Shown here: positions 51,070 to 60,566 of the stretch, piece after piece
How positions within the stretch are numbered: the first letter of the stretch is position 1
Layout of the letters: every line of letters starts with the position of its first letter
IMG/VR virus record: IMGVR_UViG_3300042564_004221
Coordinates: 35,790-99,789 of that record
Length of the DNA stretch: 64,000 bases
Direction: 5' to 3' (one strand)
Source: a virus
The notes under the pieces: model-generated
The model's database searches: none
What the model was told of the DNA's origin: nothing
Seen by the model: the letters and a program-made list of their open reading frames with translations, nothing else
Translations under genes and position numbers: made by a program

Positions 51070-52608
51070 ATGAAAAAAACACAAGAAAAAATTCAACAAC
51101 TTGAAAAACAAATTCTCACAGAACAAGCGAATCAAGAGAAAGAGTTGTTGATTACAGAAATGAAAAGAATTGGAATAGAGAAATTACCTTATTCCTACGC
51201 AGCCCTCAAACAATTTATTAATGCAGAGACAATGGACATCCATTATAATATGCATTATAAAGGTTATGTTAAAAAACTAAATGACGCTTTAGCAAAGAAA
51301 AAATACGGGGATTTAGATTTAGAAAAAATAATTAAAACCATTGGTCGTTTTGATAAAACAATAAGAAACAACGCGGGTGGAGCGTTTAATCACGCATTGT
51401 TTTGGAATATGTTAACACCAACACCAAAAAAATTGGAGGGTGACCTTTACAAGAAGATTACAAAACAATGGGGAACTTTCTCAGGGTTTAAAAAAGAATT
51501 TGAAAAGATTGCAAAAGACAGATTTGGTTCAGGTTGGGTATGGTTAGTTTTAACTGCAAAAAATACACTTAAAATTATGTCAACTCCAAACCAAGATAAT
51601 CCGTTGATGAATGTTATTCAAGGCGGTGGATTTCCGTTATTAGGTTTGGACTTATGGGAACATGCTTATTATTTGAAGTATCGAAATAAAAGAGACGAAT
51701 ACATTAAAAACTTTTGGAAAGTTGTTAATTGGGATTTTGTTACTAAAATGTATGAAATGAAAACTGAAACAAAATTAAATGAATCGGTTAATCTACAGAA
51801 TATTATCACCGAATCCACACACGTTAGATTTTGTGATGCTCAAGAAGTGAAAGCATATAAGGACTTAATTAATGATTCAAAAACAAAAAAAATATATCAA
51901 GAGGGTATTACCAAGGTCTTAAGAAAAGTTTTTAATCAATTTTGGGTTGAGGGTAATTCAAAAGAAATGTCAGGTTTCTATGGTGTGGAAACAAGAGAAG
52001 GTAGGTCTGTATTAAATAATCTTAATACAAACTTTAATACATTTTGTCTATTAGTTAGGGCGGTTAATAAAGAAATTATGAGAATTAATAGACCCGAAAA
52101 AATCTTTAAATTTTATGATAAAGAAAAAAGAACGGCTAAAGAAGTTAATAGATTTATAACTGCATTAGATTTTTTCAGTAAAGAAATTTTTACAAAAAGG
52201 AATGACGATTTTATTAACATCATTAAAGTACTTAAGAAATTATGGGATAGAGGTCAAAAATCTGAAGATGATGTTTATGTTAAAATTGAAGAATACTTTA
52301 AAGGAAATGCCAAAGTAACTAAGATTGGTGGTCACGGACAAAAAGAAGACGCATTAAAGGGTATAGATTTGATTGTTAATTTGGGGGGTATTCTACATAC
52401 ATCTCAAGTTAAACCATTCTCAAGTTTTGTAAAAACAGAAGAAATTATTGAAATGTTGGATACAGGAAACGTTAAACACTATAGTGTTGATTGGTTAATA
52501 TTCATCAACCCAAAGACAAATAATGTTATGATTTTTGAAAACAAACCTATTAGTGAAAAAAACCAATACGTTTTTAAACTTGAATCGTTATTATACGAAA
52601 TAAAATAA
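51070..52608 (+). CDS. sodA: Mn/Fe superoxide dismutase fused to a C-terminal PD-(D/E)xK-like domain
   Basis: HYNMHY, NAGGAFNHALFW, FGSGWVWL, NQD, DLWEHAYY; ~280 extra C-terminal residues. Confidence 0.85.
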   Translation: MKKTQEKIQQLEKQILTEQANQEKELLITEMKRIGIEKLPYSYAALKQFINAETMDIHYNMHYKGYVKKLNDALAKKKYGDLDLEKIIKTIGRFDKTIRNNAGGAFNHALFWNMLTPTPKKLEGDLYKKITKQWGTFSGFKKEFEKIAKDRFGSGWVWLVLTAKNTLKIMSTPNQDNPLMNVIQGGGFPLLGLDLWEHAYYLKYRNKRDEYIKNFWKVVNWDFVTKMYEMKTETKLNESVNLQNIITESTHVRFCDAQEVKAYKDLINDSKTKKIYQEGITKVLRKVFNQFWVEGNSKEMSGFYGVETREGRSVLNNLNTNFNTFCLLVRAVNKEIMRINRPEKIFKFYDKEKRTAKEVNRFITALDFFSKEIFTKRNDDFINIIKVLKKLWDRGQKSEDDVYVKIEEYFKGNAKVTKIGGHGQKEDALKGIDLIVNLGGILHTSQVKPFSSFVKTEEIIEMLDTGNVKHYSVDWLIFINPKTNNVMIFENKPISEKNQYVFKLESLLYEIK

Positions 52609-52626
52609 TCAATATATTTATTAGAT

Positions 52627-53751
52627 ATGCCAGTTATTCCAGAACCTGAAAGAAGTAAAATTTATACAAGGATTAAACACCTGTTAGGTGCTCCTTTAAG
52701 AAGTGTTGAAATTGAAGATGAAATGATGGATTCTTTGATGGAACTCTCTATTCAAGATTATGAACAATATGTTTTAAATTGGTTGATTGATAGTCAATGG
52801 GTTAACTTAGTTAACTTAAATATGACTGAAAAATCTGTTGCCAATGCGTTAATTACAAGAACAATGGATTTTGAGCAACAATTTGCATACTCATATTCTA
52901 AAATTGTTGGACTTCAAGCTCAAGGTCCTTGGGTGTTAAAAAAAGATTATATCATTCTTGAACAAAACAAACAAAACTATGAAATCCCTGCAGGGCGTGA
53001 CATCAATGAGGTGTTATGGTTTAGTAATCAACCTTTTACCGCATTTGGTATAGGCGGATTCGGTGGTATGGGTGGTGGAGCAGGTTTAGGGGCAAGTGAA
53101 GCAGGTTTCGCCCAAATGGGTAATCAAGGTTCTTATTTTATGATGTCAGGTTTTGACTATCTAATAAGAATGCAAGAAGCAAACATTTTAAATAGAATTC
53201 TTGGTGGTTCCTTAACTTATAGAATAACTGCATTACCTGATGGTAAAAAAGATTTACAACTTTACAATGCACCTGGTAGTCGTTTTAGTTGGAGTAATTA
53301 TAATTCATATGTTGGTAAAGCGGTTTGGTATTGGTATTACGAAACAACTCCTGATAGTAGGGCAGACTGTTTAAAAAATAATCCTGATGTTATTAAATTA
53401 CCATCGGATGTTCCGTTAGAAGAACTTACTTGGTCGGATTTAAATGTACCAGGACAACAATGGGTAAGAAGATGGTTCACAGCGTATGTAAAAGAAACAT
53501 TAGCAAGAGTAAGAGGTAAGTATAGTGGTAATTTAAAGACACCAGACTCTGAGCTTACAATGGACTATACAAGTTTATTAACTGAAGCTAAAGATGAAAA
53601 GACAAAATTAATGGAAGAACTTACAGGTGCTGAAGGTTGGTTAACAAGATTAAGACCTGAAAAAGTTATGGAAAGAGAAGCATTACTTGCAGAGAATTTG
53701 AACAAACAAATGAAGTTCAGAGCAATGCCTCGTCAAATATACGTAATATAA
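52627..53751 (+). CDS. Neck/head-tail adaptor protein (gp13-like)
   Basis: LLGAPLRSVEIED N-terminus; WVRRWFTAYVKETLARVRGKYSG C-terminal motif. Confidence 0.7.
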   Translation: MPVIPEPERSKIYTRIKHLLGAPLRSVEIEDEMMDSLMELSIQDYEQYVLNWLIDSQWVNLVNLNMTEKSVANALITRTMDFEQQFAYSYSKIVGLQAQGPWVLKKDYIILEQNKQNYEIPAGRDINEVLWFSNQPFTAFGIGGFGGMGGGAGLGASEAGFAQMGNQGSYFMMSGFDYLIRMQEANILNRILGGSLTYRITALPDGKKDLQLYNAPGSRFSWSNYNSYVGKAVWYWYYETTPDSRADCLKNNPDVIKLPSDVPLEELTWSDLNVPGQQWVRRWFTAYVKETLARVRGKYSGNLKTPDSELTMDYTSLLTEAKDEKTKLMEELTGAEGWLTRLRPEKVMEREALLAENLNKQMKFRAMPRQIYVI

Positions 53752-53754
53752 TAT

Positions 53755-54090
53755 ATGTCAATAATAAGAACAGTACCCTCAACAAGGTTAATTAACGGAC
53801 AAATATTGGAAACATCTGAAATGGCAATCATTTCAGAAACAGAATACAAAACAAATGGTGAAGATTGTATCATTGTAAGAAATGTATTAAAATCCACCAT
53901 TACTTTAAATTCACATACTACTGACCATATTGTAATAAAATCAATGACTAATGTCACAATAAAACCTGATATTGGTAAAATCGACGAAGACTATGATGAA
54001 ATCGTTGCGGATAGATACACTTGTATTGAATTTAGATTTTGTGCTGGTAATTGGTATGTAATATCATCAGACGGTCTCAAGAACGCCTAA
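53755..54090 (+). CDS. Small beta-rich hypothetical structural protein
   Basis: 111-aa ORF directly after the neck gene. Confidence 0.55.
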   Translation: MSIIRTVPSTRLINGQILETSEMAIISETEYKTNGEDCIIVRNVLKSTITLNSHTTDHIVIKSMTNVTIKPDIGKIDEDYDEIVADRYTCIEFRFCAGNWYVISSDGLKNA

Positions 54091-56796
54091 TTTTTCTTCC
54101 CAACCCTCTTCAGCTAATTCATACATATAGTCAGGTTTTAAACCTCTCTTACCCCAATACGACATTTCAGCGTCAGTAATTGTTAATACATCCTCCAATT
54201 TATCTTGGTCTGAATCTTCAAATGGCATTCCATTTATTAACTCACATTGTGCCGTAGTAAATAAACCCCTATCTTCAGGAACATTAACGATTAACGCTTC
54301 CCTCACTTCACTCTTGAAACAAACCAATAATGGTTCAATTCTTTTATTGAATGTGGTAATTGCTCTTGGAACATTATAATCACCCGTTAAGTTGGGGTCA
54401 TTATCCAAAATGTCTTTATCTAACATATAACAATTAATTTGAACTCCATCACCTTTCTTTTGAACATCTCCGTGAGATGCTCTAAGTCCATTGTTAACAT
54501 ACATAATAACATCACCCAAACTCACATTTAGATTGTTTTGTAATGCAAGTTCCATGTGAGCCATTCTACTCATACTATTACCTGACTTAGTTTTCTCACT
54601 TAAACGTTTCTTATAATCTTCCATACTTAATTTAACTTTAGCTCTTTGAGCAATCTTACTTAACGGAATTTGTTTATCAAAAATTCTTTGTATGTATTCA
54701 TAATAATATTCCACAAATGATTTACCGTCACCTTCAAGTAACATCTTAATACCTTTATCCAAGAACTCCTCAATATACAATGGAAGTTTCTTTGACTTGA
54801 TACTATTACCTGTTAGTTTGATTTTACCTTTAGCATCCATAACCGCGTAGTTCTTACGAGCCAAGTTAATACAAGACGGCCAAACACCATCGGTATCAAG
54901 TGCCATCTCACCTCTCATAAAGATATCGTTATACTCTGCAACATCGGCTTCAGGTCCGTAATATTCTTTACCTAACTTAACCTTCCAATTTAAACCACGA
55001 CCAACATATACCCTATCCTTTGCATCTGGCGGAGTTGAGAAGTTCACACCATCCGTATCCATAACCAATGGAACATATCCTTTGGTCATAAAGAATTTAA
55101 TCATTTGACGAAGATATTGTCTACCAGTACAAGTAATCTGTTCTCCCATATACATATCACCCCAAGCATATACCTGCGGGGCAGATAACGCACCGAACAT
55201 ACTATTGATAAAGATTTTAATCGGTAATTGTTTATTACCATATGACTCAGATTTCTTTTTATCTATTTCGTAATATTCCTCGGCAAGTTGTTTGTATTTG
55301 ATACGGGTATCACGGAACCACTTTAACATTCCTTTCATTGCTCCTGTTACATCACAATCAGGAAATACATCGTGTACAAGCTGAATGGAGGGGTATAGAG
55401 ACGAAAAGTCCAACTTAAGAACGTCTTTAGAGTAACCAACCTTAAGTAGTCGTGAGAGACCTCCTACGAAGTCAGTCTTATCTTGTTTTGCAGGAATAGC
55501 TAAACCATTTTTATATGACCAAGCTAGCATCAACATCTTCCATAATGTTGCGGTTCCCATTGTTGAAACCCTTTCGTATGTTGTTGGAATCATCGCGGCC
55601 AACAAAAACGAACCTTGATTGAACTCTTGGTCAACCTTTAGGGTTTCATCTAAGTCATCGTCAAGATACATCTCAACCAATTTATCACCACCAATCTTTG
55701 AATAAACATCCAATCGTTTACCACAAGCCTCATCAATAGTAACATCAGCGCCTACCTTCTTATAGTTACCATTTTTAGTATTTAACCAAAAATCTTCTTT
55801 CTTAGTGTAGAATGGTCCAATATCTAAGTGGTCAATGTAAACTCGGTCAGGTGCTTCAGCGTTAATATATTTGGTAATGTATTTCAAACCAGCACCTTTA
55901 ATACTTGAATTGATTGCTTGTGCTCTACGAACCGCATGGATAATATCAATTACATTATAACCCCAAATTGAAGTCTGAGTAAATTTCTCAACCTCGTTTG
56001 CAAGTTTTAACATACTATCTTTTCGTGTGAATGAATGGTTGGGGTGCAATGACTTACAAATCTTCTTTGGGTCAATCTTTAGTATTCTACATCTTTCAAA
56101 TATCCAATGCCAGTCAAAGTTCGCTGAATTGTATCCACCAATAATACTTGGTTTCAATTCGTCAATCACTCGGAAAAATTCAATAATCGCGTTCTTCTCT
56201 TCGGCTTCGTCCACACACTCAATAACTCTGTGATAACCTTTATTGGTTTTAATTCCAATCATAAAGATACGACCGTCTGCAGGTTCAAGAGCGGTCGTCT
56301 CTAAGTCATATACAAGTCTGGTTACCTCGTTATAGTTTTCAAATCCTTTAAATAATCTTTTTTCTTTTGAGATAAGGTATTGCTCAACAGGTGGAAGAAT
56401 CATCACCAATCCTTTTGTTTTCTCACCCCAAGGGTCACAACCACCATCTCTAAAGAACTGAATGAGTTCTCTATAACCTTTTAAAGATTTAACCATAAAG
56501 GTCATACCTTTTTCTAATCTTTCGTTTCCGTGTGTTTCTAATTTGTCAATTACAATTCCATGCTTTGTCATAGCCTCCTTTTGTGCTGACTTGGAATTTT
56601 TATAAAAGTTGATTCCGTGTAAGTCACCTACCCAAGCGAATGGTGTAAACGTATCCTTACGGATTTCTTTTCCCTTACCAGGAATCTCTTTAATTTTGTA
56701 AATGGAGTTGGATGCGTAGTCAAATTCTATTGCTACGATAAATTCTTCGGGGTCATTCCCATGCAAGAACGATTCAATTTCTTCGTTAGATATCAT
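54067..56796 (-). CDS. polB: Family B DNA polymerase with 3'-5' exonuclease
   Basis: DLET, YNSANFDW, DFSSLYPS, KIFINSMFG, MDTDG, KNYA; likely start ATG 56796. Confidence 0.95.
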   Translation of the reverse strand: MISNEEIESFLHGNDPEEFIVAIEFDYASNSIYKIKEIPGKGKEIRKDTFTPFAWVGDLHGINFYKNSKSAQKEAMTKHGIVIDKLETHGNERLEKGMTFMVKSLKGYRELIQFFRDGGCDPWGEKTKGLVMILPPVEQYLISKEKRLFKGFENYNEVTRLVYDLETTALEPADGRIFMIGIKTNKGYHRVIECVDEAEEKNAIIEFFRVIDELKPSIIGGYNSANFDWHWIFERCRILKIDPKKICKSLHPNHSFTRKDSMLKLANEVEKFTQTSIWGYNVIDIIHAVRRAQAINSSIKGAGLKYITKYINAEAPDRVYIDHLDIGPFYTKKEDFWLNTKNGNYKKVGADVTIDEACGKRLDVYSKIGGDKLVEMYLDDDLDETLKVDQEFNQGSFLLAAMIPTTYERVSTMGTATLWKMLMLAWSYKNGLAIPAKQDKTDFVGGLSRLLKVGYSKDVLKLDFSSLYPSIQLVHDVFPDCDVTGAMKGMLKWFRDTRIKYKQLAEEYYEIDKKKSESYGNKQLPIKIFINSMFGALSAPQVYAWGDMYMGEQITCTGRQYLRQMIKFFMTKGYVPLVMDTDGVNFSTPPDAKDRVYVGRGLNWKVKLGKEYYGPEADVAEYNDIFMRGEMALDTDGVWPSCINLARKNYAVMDAKGKIKLTGNSIKSKKLPLYIEEFLDKGIKMLLEGDGKSFVEYYYEYIQRIFDKQIPLSKIAQRAKVKLSMEDYKKRLSEKTKSGNSMSRMAHMELALQNNLNVSLGDVIMYVNNGLRASHGDVQKKGDGVQINCYMLDKDILDNDPNLTGDYNVPRAITTFNKRIEPLLVCFKSEVREALIVNVPEDRGLFTTAQCELINGMPFEDSDQDKLEDVLTITDAEMSYWGKRGLKPDYMYELAEEGWEEKLGVLETV

Positions 56797-56883
56797 ATGT
56801 TGTATAGTTGGTTTATTAGCTTTCACACTATCGTGAAATTTACCTTCTATGTTAAATATAATCTAAAAAACTGAATAATCAAA

Positions 56884-57261
56884 TTAGCAGCAAGCTGTTT
56901 CCGCAATGAAACTTGGTTGTATATTTATGTATAGTTCTTCTCTGATTGGAAGAATTAAATTACCCTCGTCATTTTTAATCAAAAATTGGGCATTGTATCT
57001 ACCAGGAGTATTTGTATCTCTTGAAGTAAATTTAAAGTAAATGTAATATTCAGGTGTTGAACCTACAGGTAAAATTAAAGGTACAATACTACAAGGTGCT
57101 GAAACTATTTTAGGAATTCCCGTTTCAACATCTATCATTGTAAAATAGATTGTAGAAACCTCTAAGTCCTGCATTAGTTCTAAATAACCTGCGCGTCCAT
57201 CCTTTAGCACTTGCATTTTAAGAACAGGTAGTGTTGCGTTTTGTTTTATGAAGAATTCCAT
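56884..57261 (-). CDS. BppU N-terminal-like structural protein
   Basis: FFIKQNATLPVL...DTNTPGRYNAQF pattern. Confidence 0.5.
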   Translation of the reverse strand: MEFFIKQNATLPVLKMQVLKDGRAGYLELMQDLEVSTIYFTMIDVETGIPKIVSAPCSIVPLILPVGSTPEYYIYFKFTSRDTNTPGRYNAQFLIKNDEGNLILPIREELYINIQPSFIAETACC

Positions 57262-57331
57262 AACAATAAATATATTGTAAATTTGTTTTATAGAGTATAA
57301 CTTTTCATACTTTACGAGATATTTATAGTAT

Positions 57332-57484
57332 ATGAAACCAAGAAAAAAAGAAGAAGATAAAAAAATTAAATTTGCGATTAGTTTAGACCCTAAATTATTT
57401 AAACGAATGGAAGATGATATTACTAATAAATCAGGGCTTATTGAAAAATTACTTAGAGAACACTATGGAAAAAAAGATTTGTAG
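57332..57484 (+). CDS. 50-aa ribbon-helix-helix-like protein
   Basis: Not in track; KIKFAISLDPKLFKRMEDDITNKSGLIEKLLREHY; overlaps the HNH start. Confidence 0.65.
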   Translation: MKPRKKEEDKKIKFAISLDPKLFKRMEDDITNKSGLIEKLLREHYGKKDL

Positions 57485-58010
57485 TAAATGTAAGATTGAA
57501 AAAGATGTTTGTGAGTTTAATACCCGAAAAAATAGAAAAGGTATTATAATTTTAAGAGGATATTGTAAAAAATGCCATACAATTATGTCGGTTAATTTTA
57601 GTTTAAAAAACCCTAAAAAAACCAAACAATATAGAGATACTTGGTACAAGAATAACTCTAAAATTTTAGTAGAAAAAAATAAAAAAAGGAGAAATTCTGA
57701 TTTATTATATAAATTAAGAATTGGAATTAGAACAAGATTAAAAATGACATTAAAGAATAATTCTTTCAAGGGTAAAACTATTGAAATATTAGGTATGGAT
57801 ATTAATTCATTTAAGATTTATATTGAATCTAAATTTTTAAATGGAATGTCTTGGGATAATTATGGATTAAATGGATGGCATATAGACCATATAATTCCAT
57901 TGTGTTCCGCAAAAACTGAAGAAGAATTTTATAAACTTTGCCATTATACTAATCTTCAACCACTATGGGCTAAAGATAATTGGAAAAAAAGTAATAAAAT
58001 ATTGAATTAA
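57465..58010 (+). CDS. HNH-type free-standing (homing) endonuclease with N-terminal CxxC zinc module
   Basis: CSKC...CKKC; WHIDHIIP...CHYTNLQPLWAKDNWKK; likely start ATG 57465. Confidence 0.85.
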   Translation: MEKKICSKCKIEKDVCEFNTRKNRKGIIILRGYCKKCHTIMSVNFSLKNPKKTKQYRDTWYKNNSKILVEKNKKRRNSDLLYKLRIGIRTRLKMTLKNNSFKGKTIEILGMDINSFKIYIESKFLNGMSWDNYGLNGWHIDHIIPLCSAKTEEEFYKLCHYTNLQPLWAKDNWKKSNKILN

Positions 58011-59683
58011 CTTTCTTTACGTAATTCGGCAGAATAAAACTCAAAACGGTCATGTTCTGTTGGGGTTAACAACAAAAGTCCTGAATTAATGTTTCCTTTA
58101 ACAGTTTCTTGATAACAATACGACATAAGAGTTTGTTCAAAGGGATGTGCCCACTTAGTCTCTAAATAACATTTATAATTTCCGTTTTTAGTTAAAATAA
58201 TTGGCCAATTACATAAATAAATTTCACCATCAATATACGATAATCCTTGGTGTGTTTTTATGGATTTGAATTTGGTTCTTGGAGCATTTGGGTCTAAACC
58301 TTGTACAGGTAATGATGGTTTTTCGGGAAATAACTCCCTTCTTTTGTCTTGAGGCAAGTTGTACCAACTCCACTGCGTACCATTATCACCATAAAATTCA
58401 GTATAATTTAACTTTAAAAAATCAAAATTTTCTTGTTTCATTATTGATAGTGTTTTTGAATATAAGTTAGGAACAAACCTATTAAAACCATTTTTACATA
58501 CTTCACCTTTTTTAGGGTAAAATGACATATCATCTTCAAACCAATAATAGAAATCTAAACCTGTCTCATCAAAATGTTCCGCAACAAATACTCTACCACC
58601 AACAATTCCAATATTATCTTTCTTAATATGTTCAAAACCATATTCTTCACAAAGTTCTTGATATCTTGGTGTTGTTGATAAATCAGTTGAATTATCTAAT
58701 AAAAACTTTTTTGGTTTAATAATAAAATCTTTATCGTATTCTAACATTGATTGTATTAGTGTTTCAAATTGATTTGGACTATTAAATGTAATAACATATA
58801 ATCCCACCTTATTAGTATCCAAATTATTAAGTATAACTTCTTTAGTACCTTCCGACTTAACAACTAGTTCATCATTCTTTAAATCCTCAAAAAACTTACC
58901 AAATAAACCATTTGACTCAATCTCAAAGTAGTTAATCAAATCTGAGTGGGTATAACACATAATACTAAAAATTGATTCTTCAGTACCCATATATCCACTT
59001 TCTAATGTTGTCTTTAGGAAATTATAATAAATTCCGTTGATATCACTTATTGTGTGTTTTGGTCCACCAAAGAATCCTCCTCTTGCAACTTTATCTACTT
59101 TAGCACCTGCAATTGAGTTCATTTTATTAATTTCAAATCCGTGTATTTCGGTATTTGCTTCGTATGGAAAACAAACAAACGAAAACTTTGAAATGTATTT
59201 TGGTAATTTTTCTAATACCTTATCATGAGTAAAATATCCAGGATGAACAGTATTAGTTAATCCCGCATCAATCCAAAACATCATCTCTGAATTGAATTGG
59301 TCCATAATTCTGGCATCATTTAGTAAAAACATTTTAGACATTACTAAAGGATTATACATATCCAATTTTGCTTGAGTTGATTCAGGTAACCATCCCGCAA
59401 GATTATACCATTCAGGATTATTTCTTATTTCTTGAATTTTATTATAAAAGTCATTATTTTTAAACCAGTCTTGACTACGAGCAATGAATTGAGTGTTTTC
59501 GCGACTTCTTCTTTCAAATACAAAAGATTCTAAATCGGAATCACCAAAAATAATCATTGGGTTCTCAACTTGTAATAGTTGTTCAAATTTATCTAAATAA
59601 TGTTGAAATGAACGAGACCAACCTTCAGTTAGTTTATCTCTTTTAATGTTCCAAAGTCCTGTGACTAATGTTATTTTACTCAT
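58007..59683 (-). CDS. HtrL/YibB-like glycosyltransferase fused to a GT2-like domain
   Basis: TLVTGLWNI, SKMFLL, WIDAG, GGFFGG, GTEES; second domain VITFN...LDNS...WFEDD. Confidence 0.75.
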   Translation of the reverse strand: MSKITLVTGLWNIKRDKLTEGWSRSFQHYLDKFEQLLQVENPMIIFGDSDLESFVFERRSRENTQFIARSQDWFKNNDFYNKIQEIRNNPEWYNLAGWLPESTQAKLDMYNPLVMSKMFLLNDARIMDQFNSEMMFWIDAGLTNTVHPGYFTHDKVLEKLPKYISKFSFVCFPYEANTEIHGFEINKMNSIAGAKVDKVARGGFFGGPKHTISDINGIYYNFLKTTLESGYMGTEESIFSIMCYTHSDLINYFEIESNGLFGKFFEDLKNDELVVKSEGTKEVILNNLDTNKVGLYVITFNSPNQFETLIQSMLEYDKDFIIKPKKFLLDNSTDLSTTPRYQELCEEYGFEHIKKDNIGIVGGRVFVAEHFDETGLDFYYWFEDDMSFYPKKGEVCKNGFNRFVPNLYSKTLSIMKQENFDFLKLNYTEFYGDNGTQWSWYNLPQDKRRELFPEKPSLPVQGLDPNAPRTKFKSIKTHQGLSYIDGEIYLCNWPIILTKNGNYKCYLETKWAHPFEQTLMSYCYQETVKGNINSGLLLLTPTEHDRFEFYSAELRKES

Positions 59684-60566
59684 ATGTCCTATTTATTTCT
59701 TCTAAAATTTTATAAAAACTTTTATTTATTCTTGTATGTTCGGCCATATCTGTACCAGCAACCCTTTCATCTTCATGCCACCAAATATCAAAGTGTTTAC
59801 GCTCAAATAATTCTTTATGGTTATAATACATTAATGTCATAACACTTTCTTCATGAGGTAAACCCTTATCTTCGGTAATAACATTTTTGGTATAATCTTC
59901 AAACAAAGTTACAATTTCATCCCACTTATCTTTATGACCACCAAATAAACCACCAATAATATGAATACCTCTTTCCCAATTCGAATACCATTTAGGGTCT
60001 AATGTACCCGACCAATAATTTCTGTCATTTTCTTTACCGATAATTAAAAATTTATCACCTGTATCTTCTATTAAATTTGTTAGAAAATTATTATTAAATA
60101 ATGTTGATTCGTAATATCTTTGTTCGGGATGAGTACCAACTAAATACTTGTTAGGGATTAATCCACAATGTGATAATCCTGCATCAATCCAGTAATAATA
60201 ATCATAAGACTTATCTTCATTCCACCACCAATGAAATTTACTATATTGAACCTCAATACATCTATCGGATTTTTTAGTCGTTTCAATATCTTTATGTTGA
60301 TTTATTAAATCCTTAAATTTTGTATTGGAAATATCAAATACTTGAAGTTTTAATTTATCTGGTGACACATTATGTATTTCATAAAAAAACGTAATTAATG
60401 ATGGTAATTCCCTATCCGATGTATAACATAGAAAATCGGCATCTGTAATTTTTAAAAGGGATAATAAACTATACCTATAATGACCTCCTCTACCGACTCT
60501 ACCACCAAATTCGGTACCGTTCAAATCACTATAAATTGACGTAATAAATTTAACTTTAGTTGTCAT
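59676..60566 (-). CDS. HtrL/YibB-like glycosyltransferase
   Basis: YSK, YWIDAG, GGLFGG, HEES; paralogous to the N-terminal half of the adjacent gene. Confidence 0.7.
   Translation of the reverse strand: MTTKVKFITSIYSDLNGTEFGGRVGRGGHYRYSLLSLLKITDADFLCYTSDRELPSLITFFYEIHNVSPDKLKLQVFDISNTKFKDLINQHKDIETTKKSDRCIEVQYSKFHWWWNEDKSYDYYYWIDAGLSHCGLIPNKYLVGTHPEQRYYESTLFNNNFLTNLIEDTGDKFLIIGKENDRNYWSGTLDPKWYSNWERGIHIIGGLFGGHKDKWDEIVTLFEDYTKNVITEDKGLPHEESVMTLMYYNHKELFERKHFDIWWHEDERVAGTDMAEHTRINKSFYKILEEINRTYE

Larger units (their letters stand above)
57320..58010 (+). mobile_element. RHH + HNH endonuclease cassette inserted antisense to flanking genes
   Basis: Opposite strand, very AT-rich, own TATTTAT motif, stop overlaps the GT gene stop. 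Confidence 0.55.

Noticed and set aside
18363-56826. Inteins or introns in nrdJ, dnaB, recA or polB
   Set aside because: Lengths are ordinary, catalytic motifs are contiguous, and no intein splice motifs were seen.
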